NCBI GenBank assembly: GCA_965637545.1
Contig: OZ281500.1
Span: 4,588,001 to 4,652,000, forward strand
Direction: 5' to 3'
Source of the DNA: Phallusia mammillata
Lineage: Eukaryota
Length of the DNA stretch: 64,000 nt
In this document: piece by piece, positions 11,301-23,300 of the stretch
Layout of the letters: each line of letters begins with the position of its first letter
Position numbering within the stretch: position 1 is the first letter of the stretch
Notes under the pieces: generated by a model
Databases searched by the model: none
What the model was told of the DNA's origin: nothing
Seen by the model: the letters and a program-made list of their open reading frames with translations, nothing else
Made by a program: the position numbers and the translations under genes

Positions 11301-14300
11301 ACATACTGGGCCAACTCGGTGCCTCAAAACGAGCATCTCTCCGCTCTGCTGTTTGTTTGTCGCAGAGGTTTCACACTTATTGGAGATCCGATCTTACTTT
11401 GTGTCAATGGAAAATGGATGGGAAGAAAACCAAGATGTGTGGGTAAGCGAGAATGCCTTGGTGTATGATTTCGATAGAAGTTACTTATTCAAATGGAATT
11501 TTATTAAATTTTATTAAACATTATAGGAATTGTTATTTCAGCAACAAACTTGTGTGTTGTGCGCAGACATGGGGCAATTCGTATTCGTCATTCGTATTCG
11601 AATGCATTCGAATACAGGTTTTGCCACCTTCGTGCTGTATTCGAATGATTTTGGCTTTCGTTCGATAGTGCATGAATACAATTCGAATAGTTGATGTTAT
11701 CTTTTGAACCAACAATATATGAATACAAAAGCTTAAGTAAATTTATTCGAATACAATTCGAATTGTTCTAGGTTTTTGCCAACCTAAGAATTTGCAAATT
11801 CGAATACACGATATTTTTTACGAATACAATTCGAATTGTTGTCGGCCTTTGGCAACGTAACAATTCGTAAAATCGAATACATGACTACATTTGTACGAAT
11901 ACAATTCGAATTGTTGTCAGCCTGTTTCTACGTAACAATTCGCAAAATCGAATACATGACTACATTTTTACGAATACAATTCGAATTGTTGTCAGCCTGT
12001 TTCTACGTAACAATTCGCAAAATCGAATACATAACTACATTTTTACGAATACAATTCGAATTGTCGATTACCTCCAGACTAGGAGTAGTCGAGATTCGAG
12101 AATATTTTGCTATATATTGTTGCCAAATAGATTCGAATACAATTCAAATTGACAGTGAATGTGACCTGATTTGACAAGTTTTTGATTATGTTACGAAACA
12201 ATGACACATAGAAGTTTAACTGTGACGTTACATAAATGGAATTGTGTTACAAAGCTTGCAACATTGGGTTGATCTCAGCACATGACAGGTGTAGCGTGTT
12301 CATGAAGCAAACATCTCATGTAAATTTGGTTAAATTTATGTTACGGAGACTTAAATCAGTCAAGCTGAGGTGGCAAACAAAGCTCGTTGGTTTACATTTT
12401 CACCAATAAATTTGCAATTCATAAACCCATGTTACATTTTGATCGAATACCTTTTAAGTTTCGGGGCGCTTTTATTTCTTTTATTTTCCGCAACTGCAAA
12501 TATCCGAATCGGTGCATTCGAATGCTATTCAATTGTTTGCTTCTTACTACAACTGAACAATTCGTGAATACAAATAACTAGAACTATTAATTCGAATACA
12601 ATTCGAATTGCTACTTCTCAAAAAGTACGAAGTATTCATGAATACGAATACACGCTGTGGGTTATTCGAATAGTATTCGAATTACACATTGTTGTTTTTT
12701 GGTCAACTATTCATGAATACTAATACTTGACACGTTTTATTCGAATACAATTCGAATTGCTGCCACCTTAATATTACAAAACAATTCGTGAATACGAATA
12801 CTTGCCTCGTTTTATTCGAATACCATTCGAATTGCTGTCACTCAAAAATTACCAAAGTATTCATGAATTCGAATACAGTCATGCAGGTATTCGTAAAGTA
12901 TTCGAATACAGGACGCGTGTATTCGACCCCCATGTCTGGTTGTGCGATTTACAAAATACAGCGATTTTAGTTTGTTTTGTTTTTTGTTAAAGATACGGAT
13001 ATTGCTCATTTGAAACACTTAGGCCCGTAGGTTTTAAAGCAATTGTTTGACGAAAGTTTAGGTTGTTTGTTTATTTTCTAGAGCGAGTTTTCTGTCCTCC
13101 AATCCAAGCTCCAATTAACGGACAGTTTGAAAATCCGATATCAAGGCCGGCTCCACAATCAACAGTTGTTCAGGTTTCATGCATAAGAGGTTATAAATTA
13201 ACGGGTCAAAGTTCATTTCTATGCATGACCTCTGGCCAATGGAGTTCAAATCCGCCAACCTGCGAACGTAAGATTGACAGGATAGAAGCGTGTTTGTACC
13301 GTTTTCTTTAAAAACGTTTTATGAGAGTTTGGTAAAAAGCATCGATGACTATACACTGTTATCAGCTACTGTGGTATACCTTTATCGGCTAAATATACAC
13401 TGTTATCGGATATGTAACCTGTGTTGTGATTCGGAACTATGGATAGTAATTGCCCATGGTTTTGGCTAAAAACAGTTCGAAAATGTCAACTTAAAAATAG
13501 GTTTCTACAATACAGTTCATCCATAGCCTGTAAACTTTAAAATACAGGGTGCTTGCTCGATTACAAGTGCTGTTTTTGGTTATTTTGTTTACTTGAGTTG
13601 TTTTATATTTGTAGCTGTATGCGAGATTCCTGCCAACTTGAAAAACGGCCGCATTTCGTTTCCAATCCACTTCGGACGATTTCCGAGTACTTTTGCACGA
13701 TTTCAATGCGACGATGGATTTGCCCTAATGGGTCAAGAGTTAATGATGTGCCGGGACGGGCAATGGTCACATGGTCTGCCTACATGTCAAGGTGAGTGTA
13801 CAAAATGCTGAGAATATATATTTTGCTAAATAGTGTTTGCCTGTACAATTTAACGCAAGCACTATGGACAGTTAGTGCAGTAAGATTGAGCATTTTATTA
13901 CCAACAATATCTGTACATCACTTGTTGGGATTAGCAACCGTGATGTACGTACGTATCGTTGAGTTGTAGCTATATTAATGGCATGTAGGCCTAAATGTGA
14001 ATCTCTGTTGACAAATTACACCTTGTCATTTTACTTATGAATCCTTAAAAAGAATTTTTTTGTGTCTTAGTTCTGTTTATTGGCGAAATCGGCCCTCAAA
14101 ACATACAGGTTTTTGTATTGGCTACCGGTATTTTCCTACTTTGTACGAGTTTGTTGATAAATTGTTTGAAAGTGGGAAGCAGTAGTGAAATTTATGCACA
14201 AGAGTCTAATTCTCATTAAATTAATGCTTTTTACAGCCGCCGTCGATGAGTGTCCGGAGCTAACTGCTCCAACCAACGGACAAGTTATTACGACGCAGAG

Positions 14301-16338
14301 CGATGATATCACGGGCGCTCGGTTTCTCTGCGACGCGGGCTTCGCTCTGATTGGTTCCCGTTGGATCACGTGCGACAAGACGGGGCGATGGTCGGGCGCA
14401 GTTCCCACGTGCAAAGGTAAACGTTCTTAGATATAATATCAATGTGTGTTTTTATTGCTAATTATATCAAAAAAGTCGTAATTTTCGTGCCAGTTTTTCA
14501 CTATTAAGTCGAAAAACATCGTGTCCAATGCTTAAGGGTAAAACAACAATTAAAGTAATGGATCAAAACCACAAACAGCAAAGAATGAACTGACAATCAC
14601 TAACTTTCTTTTTCGACTATATTTCTGTAAAACCAATGGACGATAAAATCCTTGGTTAAAACTGAAACAGTCAGTTTCAGGTAAAAGAATATAGATATAT
14701 TTAGCCTAAATTGCACCATCGGTTCTTGAAACGCTTGCAGTCATTTATTACAACTTAAAATTTATTAATGCTGATGTCCATCATTTCAACATTTTTGTCT
14801 TCGTTGGTATCTTACCGACAAACTGACCTTCAATGCAGTGGTCTGACCACCTTGGCCAGTTTTAAACACGCAAGTTCGAGCGTAATTTTAATCCTATCGC
14901 GATTTGGCTAAAATTTGCGCCCATTGTCTTCGCACGCATTGTTTACTGCTTATAATCGGATGCCTCTTTCTCGTAAGTGGGGCTTCCCGGTAATTTCGAC
15001 AGGATTAGCCTATTGTGTTGTTCACGGGCAACGGCTTAATGTCGTCCGATTGTAGCATGAAACGGTTGTTGTTTTCCGTGGATTTACAGAGCGTCTCGTC
15101 CGCGTGGGAGAAGGTTTAAGATTTTTTTCAGCAAAATATGTTGCAAAAGTGTCGCTGGTTACTTGCTCATTTTCGTCACGAACAGTTAATTATCCATGCA
15201 TATGTTTTGTAATCAAAATCAGGATGTATACAAAAATTTTCAAATGTGCCTACAGTGCAATAACTGAAAGTCCATTAAAGTGCCAACCTTGCATGTCAGC
15301 CAAAATCTTTCTTACAAACGTTGAATTTCCGTCCTAAATATTAGTCTTCCTTTTTCTTTTTATGTTTCTGCCACATTTCAATTCGGAGCGTTTATTCCGA
15401 TTCGTGAAACTCACACACAATATTAAAATCCAAACTCTCAGTCGTCGACTTGTTGAGAAATTGTAAACCACATGAAACAGATTATTTCAAGTACTGTTAA
15501 TTTGTTTGACATCTAAGGCCCCCGCTTGTACGCATTACAGATTGTGATCGAATTGCAAATTCTTTGTGGTCAGCGAACATCAAATATTGCAACGTAGCTG
15601 AACTTTTCCACCCGGTTAAACATGTATTGTTTTAAGCGCATCCTGTTATTGCGAACACCGATGGCTTTTAAAAGCCCTAAATGTTCGACAACTTACAAGT
15701 TTCAAATAGACGTCAATTTAAAGTTTAAAGTCACTGACACTTTTAACACGTAAGGTTACGCTGATCTAAAGCGTACTTTTTTTGCAGAAGAACTAAAATG
15801 CCCTGAAATTCCCCGAGTAGCTCATCAGAGCCATCTAGTGGTAAGCGACACGGTCACTGAGCTGGTAGTTACCTTCAGATGCGACTTTGGCTTCCAGCTT
15901 ATGGGACCAAGAGAACTTCGCTGCGTTGCACCCGGCACGTGGCAAGGAAACTTCCCAGAGTGCAAAGGTTTGTAGCCTACACGCCAACATATGAGTGTGA
16001 ACAATTAAATTAAAAAAAAGTCGTTTTTAAAAAATGCAGGCACAGTCATATTAGGCTATTAGCTGCGAATATTTAAACTCGCAAGCCAGAGGTGCTCACA
16101 CCTTTTTCTTTTGTATACTTCTGGGTACTTTTTATTATTTTCGCCCAAAAGTAAATTTTGCTCTCTAAATTTTAAAGCAAATCTACAGTTGGGTCTTATA
16201 CACTGAAAACATACATACAAATATATACACTGAAAACAACAGAGATTGTTATTTGTCGCATGTTATATATTTGCAGAGCGTGCCCCGGACATTGTGGATT
16301 CCGGTATATTTGAAGGTCCAATAGAAGGTCGAGGTTGA
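5396..16338 (+). CDS. Secreted multi-CCP (Sushi/SCR) protein, ~750 aa: signal peptide + 10 CCP domains + one 2-Cys mini-module + short tail; RCA/factor H-like architecture
   Basis: 13 exons, all introns phase 1: 5396-5450 (MKLIVALLSVFLLVNNGS), 7160-7351, 7694-8074, 8224-8424, 8983-9141 (AAG acceptor), 10520-10624, 10745-10933, 11257-11442, 13082-13267, 13615-13791, 14237-14416, 15788-15967, 16277-16338. Total 2253 nt = 750 aa + stop. Each CCP exon shows C..P.NG ... F.C..G(Y/F).L.G....C...G.W....P.C. No transmembrane segment or GPI-type tail. Confidence 0.9.
5721..6382. mobile_element. Degraded non-autonomous DNA element with ccga/tcgg subterminal motifs (copy 1 of 3)
   Basis: Ends cagagttt... 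/ ...gacttgcaactttg. Many ttcggg/cccgaa motifs. Segments are homologous to 29620-29961 and 46222-46545. No intact TSD. Confidence 0.6.
6872..7030. mobile_element. Highly degraded hAT/Buster-like MITE relic
   Basis: caacctgaggttcgcggacc... and ...aaaagggagccact resemble the ends of the cagtggttcccaac MITEs elsewhere in the window; no TSD. Confidence 0.35.
11564..12938. mobile_element. Non-autonomous hAT element, 1375 bp, in the intron between CCP exons 8 and 9
   Basis: TIRs cagacatgggg / ccccatgtctg (11 bp, perfect); perfect 8-bp TSD gttgtgcg (11556-11563, 12939-12946). The interior is saturated with gaatac/gtattc and caattcgaattg motifs. Confidence 0.92.
11821..12062. repeat. 75-bp tandem repeat (~3.2 units) inside the hAT element
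   Basis: cgaatacaattcgaattg recurs at 11821, 11896, 11971 and 12046, with near-identical sequence between copies. Confidence 0.9.
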
Positions 16339-17388
16339 TTTCAATCCAAATCATAAAGTGTTTACCGATTCGAAATGCGCAGATTGTTATTTCCTCTCAA
16401 AACGTTTGTGACGAATTTTCAGCGTAAGAAACTCGGACTTCTGGTATCAAACGAAATACGCCCATGCAGTTACATTTATCTTTTTAAGTCAGTTACAACT
16501 TTGCTTCTCGTTTCATTCTGTAAAATTTTCTTTGCACTTGTTTTCTTCTTTTTATGATTCCTTTCATTGCAATGTTCCGTTTTTGTTGTTGTTGTTTTTG
16601 AAACCTAATGGTTTGCTTTTATTTTGCGTTTGTCGGTGCAAAACGCGACATAAGTTGCAGTCTCTTGCACGTTTTAAATGTAAATATATACAAAAAAAGT
16701 GTTTTCTGTAAAAAGGCTGTGTTCATAAAAACGTGAAAAGTAAGGTGTGATATGAAGACCCTTTTAATAGTTTTTACTTATTTTCACGAGAAATCACAAG
16801 TCTAATGAAACGCGTTTGTTGAGCCATTAGCTAAACTAGGTAAATAGCATTGATATATCTGTATCGTTTCAAAAAACAAAAATATCATTTAAAAATCAAC
16901 AGCCGTTAGTGGGCAGTGTTAAGTTGCAGCGATACAATTTTACAACATGTGATCTACCGGTACTTCGATCATATTTCAAATTTAAACAAAACTTGCCATA
17001 GTTTGCTTTATCAACTGGTTTAATTTAAAACACCACCTTGAAAAATAATGTTCAAAAGACCGTTGTGTAAACGAGAAAGGAACATTCTAACAGTAGCCTA
17101 CGTTATGAGTTCACTGTCCCTTTTTTCTTTTTTCTCGTATTGCATCACTCATAGCGACGCGTACCGGCAAATTTCAAAGCGTGTGATGTCATCAGCCATT
17201 CATTCGATTCGTCATTCGTCAGAGGGTTGTAGTTGGGGTACATTGATATTCAGTTTAGACAATTATGCAGTTATAATGAACGGTTTCTTGCCACAATATA
17301 TGTTTGAACGGGACTAACGTTTTTTAGTATTTTCAATCTTTTTAAACGAACCCTACCATACTCTTATTGCAAAAAATAAAATACTGCT

Positions 17389-20300
17389 ATGGAAGATGAG
17401 CAACAGTTAGTTAATTGCACCTACACCTTCTATAGGCATATGTAAGCTTAACTGCAAAGTGGAAAAAAGTTTGAAGGTTTTTAGTGTTGTACAAGTTGAT
17501 TTTTTTCAAACTTAGGAAATGCCTTTCAGAAAGGGATGTATGATAAATTTATGGTTAAAGCAGTTATAGGTTATTAAAAAATAACAACCTATAATTGTAC
17601 AATGATGGGTCACCCTTTTATCACTTGGTGCACTTTTATTGCGCCCGGTGCAACTTTATATCACTTGGTGCACCTTTATTTTACTTGGTGCACCTTTATA
17701 GTGCCCGGTGCAACTTTATATCACTTGGTGCAACTTTATTTTGCTTGGTGCACATTTACCTAGTGATATAAATGTGCACCAAGCAAGTGATATAAATGCA
17801 CACAATCCGCAATAAAGATGCATCAAGCGATATTAAGGTGTGCCAAGTGTTATAACGGTGTGCCAAGCTGTGGTAATAATGCACCAAGCGACTCAAATGA
17901 TCCAAGCGATCCTGTATATTTTAGATGCACCCTTCAGGATATTATAGTTTTTATTTTAACTATTGTAGAGTTGAACCATTAGGTTTTTTAGTTCAACTGT
18001 TGACCTAATTATCATTACAAATTGTGACTGCAGGCAGACTTGCTTGACAGAACAGCTGTCAATGCCTTTATCTATGACACCTCATTCTCCAGCATGATGC
18101 CTTCAGTTTCTACATTTTCATGTTGTGTATTAGCTATTTTCTAGAGCATAGGTCATAAGATTTGTTTCACATGTTGGACGAAAACAGCAATATAATATAT
18201 AGGTTTTTAACTATGTGCTAATCAAAATGATTTAATTGCGATTTTCTTGTTGCAGAGTTTGTGCATAAACATTACGATTTGCCATAAACTACCCTCTACA
18301 TTTTCTGCTCTTTTCTGACAAATTCACCATCCACTAGGAATTGTTTGTTTTTATTGTTGTCTTTGTTCAAAGTTTTCATTGTCTTATTTGGAGTCTGTTC
18401 TGTTCCATAAAGGTAAGGATTCTACAGAAAAACTTAGTTTGCAAATAAACTAATTTTTAGTGCACTATTCATGGTTTTGAATAATCTGAGCAAAAAAGTC
18501 GAAGCCTGTATTTGTGTGTACAACATGACTACATTGACCTGGTGATGACAATAGCACTTGTCGAAACGTAGTCAAGTTTCACACACAAATTTATACTGGC
18601 TCTGATTTTTTTTGCTCAAACTATTTTTTGTCTATTGGTTCATATATTTTATTTTGTTTTGGTAACCAGTATGTTACTGTTACTTATTGTGGTTTCTTTT
18701 GCAGTGAGCATTTCTTCCTAATATTTTAAAGTGATATGGAATTAAACCAATCTGAGAACCTACTGGGGTATGATATGTCTTTTTTCACACTTCTTATTTA
18801 AAGATACGTAAATATTTATCAAAATTTTAAAAAGATATATATAAGTGTACATTCTTACATGTATATATACATGCGATGTCCTTTCATAATGTATTTATAG
18901 TACTTTTGTATTTCTATGAAACTTTAAACTTGGTTAGATAATAGGAAACCTAAGGCTTAATAGTTCAGAATTTGTTTGCTCTAAAAAACAAACTTATGTG
19001 ACACCTTTTAATTGTTATGATACAATTATCAAGACTAATAAAAAATACAAATACACATTTTTTTGTTCTTCTGTAGCATTTAACAGAGCTGTTTTAAACA
19101 AAAGATTTATAAGTGATAATATATTGAAGGAAGTTTCATGATTTTATAAAAAAACGAACTATTTATTATTATTATGGAATAGATGTGTTGAGGCATGTTT
19201 TTTAAGCCTGTTGTTCCCAACAAACTGGAGTAAATTTTGGCTACACTATGATCACTGTTTTTGATCTGCATTTCCTAGATATAAATACTAAAGTGATGGG
19301 TGCAAATCAAAATTGTGTTTTAAATAAAATTTACCTCCATCACAGAATCGCTCGTGTAATAAATGGTGGCATTGCCGGCTTCACTGGTGTATGTGCAACA
19401 TTTCCAATTGATTTGTGCAAAACTCGACTACAAAATCAGTCAGTACAACATGGCCAACGGATGTACAAAGGAATGTAAGTGCTTTTATAAATTTTCTTGT
19501 CTTGTGTTTTCCGTTTCTTGGTATTTAAAAGTTCAAATGTTAGTTATTGTTAGTACTGCTTTTAAGTTTGAACTCTTGTGTTATTAAATTGTGCATTTTT
19601 TGTTAAACTTATAGCTTAAAATTGTGTTTGAAATGTTTCTGTAGCACAGTGGCCAAAACATTTAAAAAACATTGTAAACTACAAAATTTGGGTTTGACAC
19701 AAATCAAACACACAACTTTAAAAACATAGCGTTTTGAAACCTGAAAATTAGTGAAAACCGAATATCAAAAAGGGTCACTGACCTAGTCAATGAAAATATG
19801 AAAAAAATGCATGTATTTTGTTTGATTGGTTTTGTTCAACAACTTTACAGTTCAGTATTAGCTAGCTAGGCAATAGTGGTAAGATGTTCATACAATGCAT
19901 GCGCATATTCTTATGACTTGATCTGAACAGGAACTCATTGCATCCGCTTAATCGGTTGATCTTCCTATTTCACATACGGTCCATACTCATATCACAGCCT
20001 TGTGCAGTATTGTCCTGTGTTTATCTTTATTTTAATATTTGTGTCACGTTTTTAAGGGTACAAAGTTGTTCTTACACTATAATGGTTTTGTAATGGGACA
20101 TGCATGTCAAATTGTTTGTAGTACCGAGTTTTGTTTGACTTTTCAATAGACCCTATATACGGTGTGGGCTTTTCAAAACCAATTTCTTCATGATTATAAA
20201 ATGGTAATATGTACTTGCATTGAAGTTTGTAGTTAATGCATTTGTGGGAGCTATTGCATACGAATGTTTTGGCTGCTGTGTTACTTGCACATATATTGCT

Positions 20301-23300
20301 GTTTTGTTTCACATTTGTATTACCCCATTCACACTACTCGGTAATAGTGTGCATGGCTCATAGGTAGGCCCTAGAACGCTCTGATCGGTTTACTTTTACA
20401 GAGAAATGCCTGAAGGAAGCCTGGTGTGAACCCAGTGAAGGGTTCTATGCGGCAGCTGTTCGTTACACAAGGCTTCACTGTTTTTGCCTGTATTTTATAA
20501 CACGGACACAGCGGCGCACTCAATGTTCCAGTAATAGTTTTGCTTTCGTATGCTCTTTTTGATAATTGCCAAAAATGGTCTTAGCAAACTTAATTTCACA
20601 TCTGTTCAGGCAACAGTCATAGCTAAATATTTTTTCACACCAAACTGTTTTTAAAATGATGATGCTAAACAATAATTTATGTCAAAAAAACTGTAAACAC
20701 CATCATGATTTTATGCTCTGTGCTTCTAGAAACATTGCGATTTTTGTTTTTTTGTAACACACTATTTTTTTGAACATTTTTTTAAAGTATTCGGCCAGTA
20801 ATAATTGAAAATTTGTTATTCTTTTGTAGGTTTGACTGCATGAAGCAGGTGTTTAGAAGTGAAGGATTCTTCGGACTATACAGAGGTCTGTAAATTTTGT
20901 ATTCCTAATTTTATTACAACAGCAAAAAATATATTAACTGCACAATGACCAATTTTTCTAATATGCCATTAGAAACCTTTTTCAATCTTTATTAATGTCT
21001 TGTAAGCCTTCCGCTACTGCATGTAATCTTATTAATATTTAATAATGTTGTGCAGGAGCTCTTCCAAATCTCCTTCTGATAGTTCCGGAGAAAACCATCA
21101 AATTAACAGTAAACGATGTTCTCCGAAGACAGTTAAGCACAAATGGAAACATTACTCTTGTATACCAACTCATTGCAGGAGCGGGCGCAGCGGTTTGTCA
21201 GGTAAATGTAGTTTTTTAACTAAAATGTCAAGCTAACACTTTTATTACTGTTTTTTCAACTTTTAAAACAGTCGTGTTCCAAATGTGCAAATTAGCTAAC
21301 TAACAAATGTATAGCTTTCAGGAGTGATTATATCAACAATTTAAGTTGCTTACATTTTTTTAGATATATATATATCTGCAATTTAAAATCTTATTTCTTG
21401 AACACATGCACTCAAAAGCAGGCCTATTTTAGCTTTGTGACAAATCTACTTAAAACAACAAACAGCACATTGCTATTTCACCACTAACGCAACAATTAAA
21501 AACAAATGCATCTGTGTCAATATTTTGCCCGTTAAGTTCCGACCTTCTGTCCAAAGATCATGTTTGACCAAACCGACACTGCCTTAATTACAGTTGTAAG
21601 ACAAATTAAATAATATTTATTCTGACATTTTGATCTTTCAAGAAATTATACGTAACCATTATTCTATCATTTTTGTGTGTACTACAAATGGTTTTCAAGG
21701 AACAGATTGCCCTTTTCTTGAGCTCAAGCAGACATAGTCAACTTTAATTTTCTTATCTTATCTGCAGTGGAGTTGTCACTTGGGCTTAACATCCTTCTCC
21801 CTGATTTGGTAGTTGTTATCAATGTGCTGTGTATGTTACCAAACATTGAACATGAAACTCCAAATTTCTAGTAAACATAAGCCCACTTCTCAGTTTCAAT
21901 GAAAATTTTTGTTTAAACAACCTGATCAAATTTTGGTCTCATGACTTCTTGACCAATTTTTCCCGACGTAACTGGTTGCCTAATTGAAACTTAAATTTGT
22001 ATGCTAATCAAAAATAGAAAAACTGGGTGGGCATTTCTTTGCCAATGCTGTCTGTGCTTTTGTATTTGTGTTTAGTTAAACTGTTAAGAATTTAACAGTA
22101 GTTTATTGATGGTTATTAGAGTATATATTTGTTTGGTAAAAATGGTTTGCATAAATTTCGCCACAGTGGTCAAATTAGTTTTGAAATCCAGGATGGCTGA
22201 CTATTTTCAGTTCCTAACATAAGTGCCCATTTTATCCTTCACAGACAGTAACAGAGGCCCTTTCTATGCACTGAAGGGTGCTTGACCATTTACAATAGCT
22301 GCGTACTTAACATTGGTCACATACATCAATGCTATACCTTCATATTGTTCAAATAATAGCCTGGTAACATTTTCCAATAAATACTGTCGGCAGGTTTTGT
22401 TCTCGCTGTAATATTGGGTCATTAAAAGGTTGTTTGGGCGATTGGCAAATATTACAAAACCACAATCGGATATTGTTTTGCGGTTGACTGTTTGACAGTG
22501 TTGTGCCCATAACAGTGTGTGTGATGCTTAAGTTGCCAATACAAAAAGGCTACTGCATGTAACCCCTTTCCATAGACCTAAATGATAAATTGGTTAATAT
22601 TTTTAATGCGGTTCACAATTCACAGTTGCAAATCTGTAGTCCATTTTTTTACTTATTTGGTTTTACAGTGATAAATTTGTTTTCAAGAGGACTGTTCTTA
22701 CTTTAGGTAACCTTGCTTTTCTTAATTTGTTTCACCTTGCTGCAAAGGTAGTATATTTGTGTTGCAAATGTCACAGCTTATAAAACAGACGGTTAAGGGC
22801 GTTGTTGGACAGATTCGCTGAAGGTCTGTAAACATCATGTCGCCAAATATATGTTGCATTTTGCCAAAAATCAATTTACTCCATGTGTACCCAATGGCGC
22901 AACTGCGTAAAAAACATGTTTTTTGTTTGTTTTGTGACGGTACTCTACGTGGACAATGACCCAATAGACACGAAAAAGTCAAAGCTAATGCTAAAATGTT
23001 TGTACAAATATTAATGCGGTCATCAATGATATATACTTTGTCTACTTGGACAATTATATTCCTCATACCAAGACTTTTTAATAAAATGTGCCAAGCGTTT
23101 GCAACATTAAGTTCCAACACGTAGTCGCATAGCTGTTTTTTAGATGTGCGTTTTTTTTCAAGTTTAAAAAAACAAAACTTCCACACTAAGAGTAAAAAGG
23201 TGCTTTAGGGGCGTTGACTCTCTTTAAGAAGCACGATTTCTGTTTGCCAACACCTTCCATCTACCTCTGTGCACACAACAAACTCATTGTATGGGGGTAA

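Noticed and set aside
11836-12174. 112-aa ORF with a 25-aa repeat
   Set aside because: It is simply the translation of the 75-bp tandem repeat inside a transposon.
11570-12930. CRISPR-like array of palindromic cgaatacaattcgaattg repeats
   Set aside because: The sequences between repeats are near-identical rather than unique spacers. The array lies within hAT TIRs and a TSD in a eukaryotic intron, and there are no cas genes.
20397-20560. Canonical H/ACA snoRNA
   Set aside because: One hairpin and an H-like box are present, but there is no convincing second hairpin ending in ACA. Kept only as a generic structured-RNA finding.
22722-23186. 154-aa minus-strand ORF as a nested gene
   Set aside because: It has a TTG-type start, no splice signals and no recognisable motif, and neighbouring frames are stop-riddled. 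Treated as a relic.
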